Shown: piece by piece, positions 35,502 to 43,298 of the stretch
Numbering within the stretch: the first letter of the stretch is position 1
How the letters are laid out: the number at the start of each line of letters is the position of its first letter
Origin: Elusimicrobiota bacterium
GTDB taxonomy: Bacteria; Elusimicrobiota; Elusimicrobia; UBA1565; UBA9628
Length of the DNA stretch: 64,000 nucleotides
Assembly: GCA_016212825.1 (NCBI GenBank)
Contig: JACRDS010000052.1
Coordinates: 424-64,423, forward strand
Reading direction: 5' to 3'
The notes under the pieces: model-generated
Told to the model about the DNA's origin: nothing
The model's database searches: none
Seen by the model: the letters and a program-made list of their open reading frames with translations, nothing else
Translations under genes and position numbers: made by a program

Positions 35502-37934
35502 CTATAGTTCGAACAGCACGTGGTCGAAGATCTTGGGCAGGTCCGCTCCGGGCTGGTCGTCGAGCGCGAAGAAGCTCCAGTCCTCCTTCTTGTCCGCGAC
35601 GGCGCGCGGCTCGCCCAGGTAGCCGTCCCAGGTGGAGACGAAGACCTTCACGCCGGAGAAGGTCTCCAGCGAGTCGAAGAAGCGGTTGGAGAAAGTGAAG
35701 GTGATGAGGTTCTTCTTCGGGTCCGCCTTGTCCGTCACGTCGCCCAAGAGCGGCGCGCCGTAGGCGTCGGGGGTGGAGTCCTCGGCCCCGAATGAGCGGA
35801 TGCCCCAGCCGTAGAGCAGGAAGCCCGCGTTGAACTCGAAGTCGTCGCGGGAGTAGCCCAGCTTCGGGAAGAACCTGCGGCCCGGCTGGCCCGGGAAATC
35901 GAAGAGCACGTTGAAATACACGTGGTCGTAGCCGTGCGGCGGGTTCCAGTCGTCGGTGACCTGCTCCATGCGCAGCCGCAGCTGCAGGTCGCGGCCGCTG
36001 GTGTAGGCGGCCACGGATTCGAGCGACAGCTGCCCGCCGTAGCTTGGGTCCGCCGGGGCATGGACCTTGCGGGCCAAGCCTCCCTGCTGCTCCGGTGGCA
36101 CCATGGCCTTGGCCAGGAGCTCATAGGGGTTGCGGACCTTCAGCGGCACGGCCGGGGAGAGGATATGTCCGCCCGTCTTGGTCGCGGCGAGCAGGGCCAC
36201 GGTGTGCGGCCCGTTGCCTAAGGCCGCGGTGTCCAAAGGGAACCCTTTGGCGCCGGACTCCAGCTGGATGCGGCGGCCGTAGTTGTCGTCGGCCAGCAGC
36301 GCGAGCTCCGAGACTTCGCCCGGCTCGGCCAGCTCCACGCCCAGCGCCAGCATCCCTTTGGCCGCGCCGGGCGGGCAGCCTGTCAGTCCCAGCCCGGGCG
36401 CCGCCCGGGCCGGGGCCTCGACCCGCCGGCCCGTGATGAGCAGGTAGGATCCCGGCGCCAGGGCCAAGGACCGCGGCGCGGTCGTCCGGCCTTCGGAGGA
36501 GAGCAGGACCTCTCCCGGCTCGAAGTGCGCGGGCAGCTCGCAGAACATGGCGTCCGGAGCCGTGTTGAACACGGCCAGGACGGTCTCGCCGCGCCAGGTC
36601 ATGGAGTAGGCGAAGAGCCCGCAGCCGGGGGAGACGCGCTCTACCGCGCACTCGCCGCGGGAGAAGACGGGATTCTGCTTGCGCAGCGAAAGGAGCTTGG
36701 CCAAGAACGCGGCCTCGGGCGAGGTTCGGTCGCAGAACTTCTCGTCGAACATCTTCTGGCGCGAGAGCGTGAAGCCGGCTTCCGTGCCGTAGGTCAGGCA
36801 GGGGATGCCCGGCAAGGTGAACAGGGCGAGCAGGGCCTGCTGCACCGCGGCCGGGGAGCCCCGGCTGCAGATGCGCTCCACGTCGTGGTTGTCCAGGAAA
36901 TTGACCCAGAGATGGCGGTTGTGGCGCCGGGCGCGAAGCGCCCGGCCCAGGCGTTCGGTCGGCAGCTTGCGGAAGAAGACCTGGGTGAGGGCTTCGTTCA
37001 AAGGCAGGTCTATGGCCGAGTCGAGCCGGCGAATCTTGCCCTCCTTGACGTATCGGTTGATGGCCTTGTAGTCGTAGGACCAGACCTCGCCGAAGACGAA
37101 GAAGTCGTCCTTCCCCAGTCTCTCGGCGAAACGCTTGACCCCGAACTCGCCGACCGTCTCATCGTAAAGAAATCGTTCGTAGAAGTCCTCGGGCGTGTAG
37201 TAGACGGTGTCCACGCGGAAGCCGTCCACGCCCGCGGCCTCGATCCAGTAGCGGTAGATCTCCTTGAAGCGCGCGATCACCGCGGGGTTCTTGAGGTTGA
37301 TGTCGTCGAGGTCGCCCATCGCGTAGGTGAGCGTCTGCTCGCGGCTGTTGAAGTCCGTGATGTTGGGGGTGAAGTTGTAGACCGCTGCGGCCTTGTGCTC
37401 CGGGATGTTGGGGTTGTTGAGGCGGAAGAGCGGGTCGTTGGGCGCCTTGGGCGGCAGGTCGGGCGGGTAGGAGCCGTCGAGGGAGCGCCAGCTCTTCTCC
37501 GGCTGGGCGGGGTCGTAGTCCTTGGCGTCCACTGTGAAGTAGTTGCCGGTGTGGTTGACCACGATGTCCTGGATGACCTTGAGCCCCAGCTTGTGCGCTT
37601 CCTTCACCAGCTCCTGATAATCCTCCAGCGTGCCGAAATGGGGGTCGATCTTGGTGAAGTCGTAGGCCCAGTAGCCGTGGAAGCCGCGGGTCTTGATGTA
37701 GGGGTTGACCCACTGGTTGTGCACGGGCGGGGTGAGCCATATGGCGTCGAAGCCCAGGGCTTTTATGTGGTGCAGCCGGCTGGTCAGGCCCTTGAGATCC
37801 CCGCCCTGGAAGCAGTCGTCGTCGTCCGGGCTGTACTCGCCCTTGCCGAAGTCGTCGATGGTCTTGTCCCCGTTGCAGAAGCGGTCGAGGAGGACGAAGT
37901 AGATGGTCCGGCCCTGCCAGGCTTTGAGGCTCAT
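35502..37934 (-). CDS. GH13 alpha-amylase-family enzyme with ~330-aa C-terminal extension, no signal peptide
   Basis: YFVLLDRFCNGD, GFDAIWLTPP, GFRVDTV, FGEVW and FLDNHD are the GH13 conserved regions I-IV. Confidence 0.85.
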   Translation of the reverse strand: MSLKAWQGRTIYFVLLDRFCNGDKTIDDFGKGEYSPDDDDCFQGGDLKGLTSRLHHIKALGFDAIWLTPPVHNQWVNPYIKTRGFHGYWAYDFTKIDPHFGTLEDYQELVKEAHKLGLKVIQDIVVNHTGNYFTVDAKDYDPAQPEKSWRSLDGSYPPDLPPKAPNDPLFRLNNPNIPEHKAAAVYNFTPNITDFNSREQTLTYAMGDLDDINLKNPAVIARFKEIYRYWIEAAGVDGFRVDTVYYTPEDFYERFLYDETVGEFGVKRFAERLGKDDFFVFGEVWSYDYKAINRYVKEGKIRRLDSAIDLPLNEALTQVFFRKLPTERLGRALRARRHNRHLWVNFLDNHDVERICSRGSPAAVQQALLALFTLPGIPCLTYGTEAGFTLSRQKMFDEKFCDRTSPEAAFLAKLLSLRKQNPVFSRGECAVERVSPGCGLFAYSMTWRGETVLAVFNTAPDAMFCELPAHFEPGEVLLSSEGRTTAPRSLALAPGSYLLITGRRVEAPARAAPGLGLTGCPPGAAKGMLALGVELAEPGEVSELALLADDNYGRRIQLESGAKGFPLDTAALGNGPHTVALLAATKTGGHILSPAVPLKVRNPYELLAKAMVPPEQQGGLARKVHAPADPSYGGQLSLESVAAYTSGRDLQLRLRMEQVTDDWNPPHGYDHVYFNVLFDFPGQPGRRFFPKLGYSRDDFEFNAGFLLYGWGIRSFGAEDSTPDAYGAPLLGDVTDKADPKKNLITFTFSNRFFDSLETFSGVKVFVSTWDGYLGEPRAVADKKEDWSFFALDDQPGADLPKIFDHVLFEL

Positions 37935-37950
37935 GGACAGTGAGAATGTA

Positions 37951-39363
37951 TCAATTTGACGGATGATGATATATCACATCGTAGCTCGTATGGTCGACGA
38001 AGAACAGCCGGGTGGCAAGGACCCTGCCGCCGGTCGGGCGGGGGGGCGCGGCGTAGAGATGGATCGTCCCGCTGCTCTGGGACGGGCCCTCCCCTTTCGT
38101 GAAGGAATATCCCCTTCCGGGGGAGAGATACTTCAGACAGAAGAAGGAATTGTCGCTTCCGCCGGCGATGCGCACCTCGACTCCGTCCCGCATGCCGGCG
38201 AGGCGCGCGGCGAGTTCCGTATCCTGTCTGACCTTGTCAGCCCACGGCCGACGTGCCTCGGAGACCGCCGCGCTCAGCATGGCCTGCTTGACGATGATCA
38301 GGGCGACCAGAGCCACGAGGGCGCGGCGTAAGGCAGGCCGGGTCGCCTGCGCCAGGACCGAGGCGAGAAAGGCCCATTGCAGCGGAAGGAAGGCGATCAT
38401 GTGCCGTTGACCGAGGCTGCCGGGGGATTGGACCAGCCCGGCGGCCAGCAGCCCCAGTCCGAGGCCGACAGCCCATCTTCGGCTCTCGGCGGCCGCAAGG
38501 CTGGCGATGAAGGCTGCGGACCATGCCAGGACAACCCAGGACCAGGAGACTGGGCCCGGCCAGGGCCCCCATCTATGGTGCAATGCGAGCGCGGCGGACC
38601 ACTGGGTCCAGAGGGACGACAGGAGCGCGGCGGGATGTCGCCACTGCTGCAGGTTGGTCCGCAGGAATTCCCCGCCCCAGTGCGCGGCTCCGAAATGGCC
38701 GTATGACGCGCCGATGACCAGGAACTTCCATGCCAGCAGGCTCAGCCCGCCAAGAAATAGGCCGGTGCCGAGCAGGGTTTCGCGGCGGTCCAGACCCTGG
38801 GTCTTGCCCGGGGAGCGTCCTGCGCACCAAAGGTAGGCCGCAAAGGGGAATATGATATAGGCGGCGGAGCATGCGAAGACGCCGGCTGCCGCCAAGGAGA
38901 GGCGGCGCACGGCTCTCGATTGCCAGGTCCTGAGCAGCATGATGGTCCCCAACAGGAGGGGGATGTTCATCTCCGCATTCACCGTGAGGTGAGAAAGCAG
39001 CGACGGGGCCGTCGTATAGAGGCTGCCCACGCAGAGAGCCGGCAGCAGGCCGAAGGTCCGTCTCAGCCACGCGTAGAGCACGAGGACGGTGGTGCAGCCC
39101 ACGCCAAGCGCGGCGGCCTGGAGCGCGAGGATGGTGTTCCCGAAGAGCTTTATGAACGGGATGTAGAGCAGCGAGAAGTGCCCGCTCTCGTAGGCCGAGC
39201 TGAATTCGTATGAGAAGCGGCCCGTCCGCAGGAATTCGACGGCCCGGGCGGCATCGCGGGTCGTGTCGCCTCCCAGATACAGGGTCTCGGCGGCGGCCAC
39301 TCTAAAGGCCAGGACGAGGTATAGAGAGAGGAGGAGTCCTGCCGCGGCCGCTTCGACGGCCAT
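37951..39363 (-). CDS. polytopic membrane protein, GT-C (ArnT/PMT)-like
   Basis: About 11 helices and a C-terminal soluble domain. ATG at 39363 is preceded by a GGAGG SD; an alternative GTG at 39414 overlaps the upstream stop. Confidence 0.45.
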   Translation of the reverse strand: MAVEAAAAGLLLSLYLVLAFRVAAAETLYLGGDTTRDAARAVEFLRTGRFSYEFSSAYESGHFSLLYIPFIKLFGNTILALQAAALGVGCTTVLVLYAWLRRTFGLLPALCVGSLYTTAPSLLSHLTVNAEMNIPLLLGTIMLLRTWQSRAVRRLSLAAAGVFACSAAYIIFPFAAYLWCAGRSPGKTQGLDRRETLLGTGLFLGGLSLLAWKFLVIGASYGHFGAAHWGGEFLRTNLQQWRHPAALLSSLWTQWSAALALHHRWGPWPGPVSWSWVVLAWSAAFIASLAAAESRRWAVGLGLGLLAAGLVQSPGSLGQRHMIAFLPLQWAFLASVLAQATRPALRRALVALVALIIVKQAMLSAAVSEARRPWADKVRQDTELAARLAGMRDGVEVRIAGGSDNSFFCLKYLSPGRGYSFTKGEGPSQSSGTIHLYAAPPRPTGGRVLATRLFFVDHTSYDVIYHHPSN

Positions 39364-39410
39364 GGGGGACCTCCGCAACGCAGCCTGAATCCCAAGTAGA
39401 GGGAGGCGAT

Positions 39411-41630
39411 TCACTTCGCCTTGGACCTGACGAAGACGCGCACGCCGTGGGGCGGCACCTGCACCCAGACCTTGGCGCCGCCTTCCTGCGGGGAGTAGGC
39501 CTTGGCCTTGTTGGCCGGGTCCACCGCGTCCGTGAGCACAGTGCCGGCCGGGGTGAGCCCGCCGTCCACGTACATGTCCGCTGAGCGGGCCTCGGCCGCG
39601 GTGTTGAGCACGACCAGGACCTCCTCGCCCTTGTAGATGCGGCTGAAAGCGTAGATGCCGGGTCCGTTGGAGTCGGACCAGCGCACGTGCTGCTCGCCGC
39701 GCGACAGGGCCGGATGCGCCTTGCGCAGGTCGGCCAGCTTCCTGAGCCAGAGGTAGGTGGGCGCTCGGGCGTCGAACTTGTCGCCCGCAGAGCTGGGGAA
39801 CTTGTACTGCCCCTCGGCGAACATGTCCGGCCGGTTCTCCGGGTCGGCCGGGAACCGCGGTCCCTCCGGGTCGAGGCGGTCGGTCATCTGCGCGAAGGCC
39901 TGCTCCGTGCCGTAGTAGATCAGCGGGATGCCGGTGCTGAACATCAGGAAGGCCATGGCCATCTTGAGTATGCTCACCGGCTCGCCGTGGCGCAGGAAGC
40001 GGTAGGTGTCGTGCAGGTCGAGGAAGCGCAGCAGGCGGCTCACCGAGTCGCCCAGCACCGAGGCGGCCTTGTTCACGCTGTCTTCCAGAACGCGGGTCGG
40101 CGCCTTGCCGTGCAGGGCCCAGTTGTTGCGGCGGTATTCGGGATAGGCGTAGGCGGAGTCAAGGCCGGCTTTCCAGAGGTCGCGGGCGACCTCCACGTCC
40201 ACGCCGGTCGAGTTCTCGCCCAGGATGAAGAGGTTCTTCTTGCCGAGCTTGGCCGCGTAAGCCCGGATCTCCTTAGCGAAGCGCACGCGGAACTCCGGGT
40301 TGATGTGGCGGATGGCGTCGATGCGGAAGCCGTCGATGTCCGTCTCCTTGAGCCACCATTTTGCCATGTGGATGAGTTTGGCCTGCACCTCGGGCTTCTC
40401 CGAGGCCCAGTGCCGGTAGTTCGGTGGGAAATCGCCGTTGACGGCCTGTTCGTAGTCATCCCAGTTCTCGATGACCCCGTGCCGGGTGAAGTTCTCCGGC
40501 GCGGTCAGTTCGGCGGGGAAGAGCTTGTGGTTCCAGGCCCCGATCTCCTTGGCCGGGTGGAACATGTCCCGCCAGCGGGAGCCGTCCTGGTACTCGAAGA
40601 CCGGGCCCACGTGGTTGATGAGCAGGTCGAAGATCACGCGCAGGCCGCGCTTGTGGGCCTCGACGACCAGCTCCTTGAAATCGGCCATGGTGCCCAACTG
40701 CGGGTCCACGGCCAGCAGGTGCAGGGGCGCGTAGCCGTGATAGGCTTCGGGTATGCCCAGCACCACCGGGTTGAGGATGATGGTGGTCACGCCCGAGCCC
40801 TGGATGTAATCGAGCTTATCGATGAGGCCGCGCAGGTCGCCGCCGTGGCGGGTGTCGCCGCGCTTGGGATCGCCCATGGGCTTGCCCTTGGAGCTGCGCG
40901 CGAAGCGGTCCAGGAACACCGAGTACATGATCTCGTCGCGCCAGTCTTCGGGCGAGGGTGTGTACTCCCGGTCCGGGTTGATGGCCAAGGACGCCTCGGC
41001 CAAGGACTTGGGTGCGTCGGCCGGGAACTCGGGTTCCGTGCCGATGGCCGGGTCCACCTCCTTCTTCTCGAAGGGGGCGGCGAGTCGGGACGGGAGAGCG
41101 GCGGAGACCTTGCGCAGGGACTTGCCCGGTTCGGGGGAGACGAGCGGGGCCGGGCCCGTGAGACTGGCGTTCGCGGCGAACTGGCCGACGCCGGCTGAAG
41201 GGGTCTCGGCTGGCGCCGCGTGGCTCTGGACGACCGGGACCGCGAAGGTCTGCGTCTTGGCCTGGACCGGCGCCGCGATCGGCGTCGGCAGGACGGGGGC
41301 CGCAGAGCCGACGACCGAGGAGGCCAGGCCGGTCTTGACCGCCGGCGCCGCAGAGACGCCGCTCAGGGAGCCGGAGAGGTCGGCGGGGGCGCTGAGCCCG
41401 ACCTCGAGCTTGGGCAGGGCGAGGGGGGAATTGCTGCCGACCGCGCCGGAGGCGCTGCCGCTCCGACCGCCTTCCGTGGCGATCTGGCCGGAGGTCACGT
41501 TGCCCGCGGAGGCGAAGCCCGGCTGGGAAGCGAGCAGGGCCGTGATGAGGGCCAGGGCCAGGCGCCTGCGGAGGGTCTCGAGCTTCACACTCTCATTGTA
41601 GAGCGCCGGGCTCCGGAATGCCTGAGCCAT
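39411..41630 (-). CDS. secreted GH13 alpha-amylase-family enzyme with Ala/Pro/Ser-rich N-terminal module
   Basis: Signal-like N-terminus followed by GH13 regions (VFLDRF, GVTTIILNPV, GFRIDAIRH, LGENS, FLDLHD). Confidence 0.85.
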   Translation of the reverse strand: MAQAFRSPALYNESVKLETLRRRLALALITALLASQPGFASAGNVTSGQIATEGGRSGSASGAVGSNSPLALPKLEVGLSAPADLSGSLSGVSAAPAVKTGLASSVVGSAAPVLPTPIAAPVQAKTQTFAVPVVQSHAAPAETPSAGVGQFAANASLTGPAPLVSPEPGKSLRKVSAALPSRLAAPFEKKEVDPAIGTEPEFPADAPKSLAEASLAINPDREYTPSPEDWRDEIMYSVFLDRFARSSKGKPMGDPKRGDTRHGGDLRGLIDKLDYIQGSGVTTIILNPVVLGIPEAYHGYAPLHLLAVDPQLGTMADFKELVVEAHKRGLRVIFDLLINHVGPVFEYQDGSRWRDMFHPAKEIGAWNHKLFPAELTAPENFTRHGVIENWDDYEQAVNGDFPPNYRHWASEKPEVQAKLIHMAKWWLKETDIDGFRIDAIRHINPEFRVRFAKEIRAYAAKLGKKNLFILGENSTGVDVEVARDLWKAGLDSAYAYPEYRRNNWALHGKAPTRVLEDSVNKAASVLGDSVSRLLRFLDLHDTYRFLRHGEPVSILKMAMAFLMFSTGIPLIYYGTEQAFAQMTDRLDPEGPRFPADPENRPDMFAEGQYKFPSSAGDKFDARAPTYLWLRKLADLRKAHPALSRGEQHVRWSDSNGPGIYAFSRIYKGEEVLVVLNTAAEARSADMYVDGGLTPAGTVLTDAVDPANKAKAYSPQEGGAKVWVQVPPHGVRVFVRSKAK

Positions 41631-41730
41631 CCGGTCCCGTCTTATCGGAGGGTGGGCCCAGCTGGATCTGGGCCTTTAGGACCAGCGCCCAGCAACCTCG
41701 CGAAAGGTATTTTCGATATTCCCGGAAATA

Positions 41731-42495
41731 TCAAGGCCCAGGAGTCTTCTTGAAGACCAGCTTGGTCCCGATGAAGGTCTCCAGGTAGAGCTTCTTGGCC
41801 GCGGCCAGGGGGAGCCCGGCGCAGTGGTGGGGGAAGGCGGCGTGGTCCGCAAGATTCCTGGCCGGGCCGTGCAGGACCAGGCCGCCCGTGAAGAACATGA
41901 CGAACTCGCCCAGCGCGTTGGCCCGCACCGAAGTGCCCACCTGGGGCGGCTCGTACTGCAGCTGGCCGTCCTTCTGCTCGGAGACGCCGCGCTCCGGGTG
42001 GGCGAAGCGCTCCTTGGATACGATCCAGACGGCTTGCGGCAGGGGCGCGACCAGGCCGCCCAGGGCCGCTGAGGAATAGGACAGGGCGAAGCTCTTGAGG
42101 GACTGGTCGCCGCGCATGAGGTGGATCTTGCGCTCGGGCAGGTCGATGAGCAGGTAGGTGGTCATGATCTCCCATTGCTTCTCGAGCAGACGCTTCTCCT
42201 CCTGCAGGGCCAGGCCGGCCTCGAACGCGGCGCGCCGCGAGTCCGTCAGCCCCGCGAGGCTGGCCTTGAGCCGCGCCACGTCCTCCGCCTTGAGGTCGCG
42301 CAGGGACTGCAGGTCCGCCGCGGCGGCCGCCGCTTTCTCGCGCTCCTTGGCCAGGAGCAGCCATTCCGACCGGCGCGGCTCGGCGTTGGCGAGCACCCAG
42401 GAGCCGGTCATGTGCCCGGCGGCCAGGACCGCGAGCCCGGCCGCGGCCACCAGGACGGGGTGGGCGCGGCGCGAGAGGCTCCGGGAGAGGTCCAT
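41731..42495 (-). CDS. L,D-transpeptidase-like protein with variant active-site motif
   Basis: Same length and architecture as the neighbour (TM, coiled coil, YkuD-like C-terminus), but carries LHGP...HHCAGL in place of HG...SHGCVRL. Confidence 0.5.
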   Translation of the reverse strand: MDLSRSLSRRAHPVLVAAAGLAVLAAGHMTGSWVLANAEPRRSEWLLLAKEREKAAAAAADLQSLRDLKAEDVARLKASLAGLTDSRRAAFEAGLALQEEKRLLEKQWEIMTTYLLIDLPERKIHLMRGDQSLKSFALSYSSAALGGLVAPLPQAVWIVSKERFAHPERGVSEQKDGQLQYEPPQVGTSVRANALGEFVMFFTGGLVLHGPARNLADHAAFPHHCAGLPLAAAKKLYLETFIGTKLVFKKTPGP

Positions 42496-42496
42496 G

Positions 42497-43261
42497 TCAG
42501 TAGATGATGGCCTTGGTGTTCACCGGCACCGAGTCGTAGAGTTTCTTGAGGTCCGCGGCGCCCAGGCGCACGCAGCCATGGGACGCGGGCTGGCCCAGGA
42601 GGTCCTCGCGCTTGGTCCCGTGGATGAGGTAGCCGTCGCCCAGGTTGAACACGTAGGCGCCCAGCTCGCCCGCGACCTTGCGGACCGGGTCCTCCGGCGG
42701 CGGGACGGGCTCCTTTGACTCGACGTAGGCCCAGTCGGGCTTGACCCATTCCGGGTTCTCGGTCTTGCCGATGACCTTGAACTCGCCGCGCGGGGTCACG
42801 AACTCCCAGCGCCGCCCCGTCTTCGGGTCCACCAAAGTGCCGCCGCGCCCCGCCGAGCAGTCGGCCTTCCAGAGGAGCTTGAGGCCCTTCTTGAGGTAGA
42901 GCTTGTTGGCCTTGGCGTCGACCACGATGTGCAGGCTGCCGCGCAGGCGCTGTCCCACCTTGCGCCGCAGGTCCGCCACCTCGCCCGCGATGACGTGCTG
43001 GGTGCGCAGGAAGCTGCGGTCCTGGGGCAGGAAGTTGGGGAGGCGGTTGAGGAACTCGCTCTCCTCGGAATCGGAGCGGATCTGCTTGGCCAGGCCCACG
43101 ATCTCGCGAGAGCGCCCGTCGAGCGTCCGGGCCGCGGCCTCCAGGCGGTCGTTGGTTCTGTAGAGGCTCACCACGGCGTGCGCCAGGCGCAGGGACTCGG
43201 CGCCGAACGCCAGCGCCCAGCAGACGAACGCGGCGACGGAGAGTCTCTGCCAGTCCTTCAT
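42497..43261 (-). CDS. L,D-transpeptidase (YkuD family)
   Basis: YLIHGT...SHGCVRL catalytic motif. N-terminal TM helix and coiled coil. Confidence 0.85.
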   Translation of the reverse strand: MKDWQRLSVAAFVCWALAFGAESLRLAHAVVSLYRTNDRLEAAARTLDGRSREIVGLAKQIRSDSEESEFLNRLPNFLPQDRSFLRTQHVIAGEVADLRRKVGQRLRGSLHIVVDAKANKLYLKKGLKLLWKADCSAGRGGTLVDPKTGRRWEFVTPRGEFKVIGKTENPEWVKPDWAYVESKEPVPPPEDPVRKVAGELGAYVFNLGDGYLIHGTKREDLLGQPASHGCVRLGAADLKKLYDSVPVNTKAIIY

Positions 43262-43269
43262 GCGGTGAT

Positions 43270-43298
43270 ATTATAGCTTGTGCGGGTCCGGCCGTCAG
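43270..43298 (-). promoter_or_regulatory. promoter on the minus strand (CTGACG-17 nt-TATAAT), -10 ends 8 nt before the ATG at 43261
   Basis: Reverse complement of 43270-43275 is TATAAT; reverse complement of 43293-43298 is CTGACG. No SD in the gap. Confidence 0.45.
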
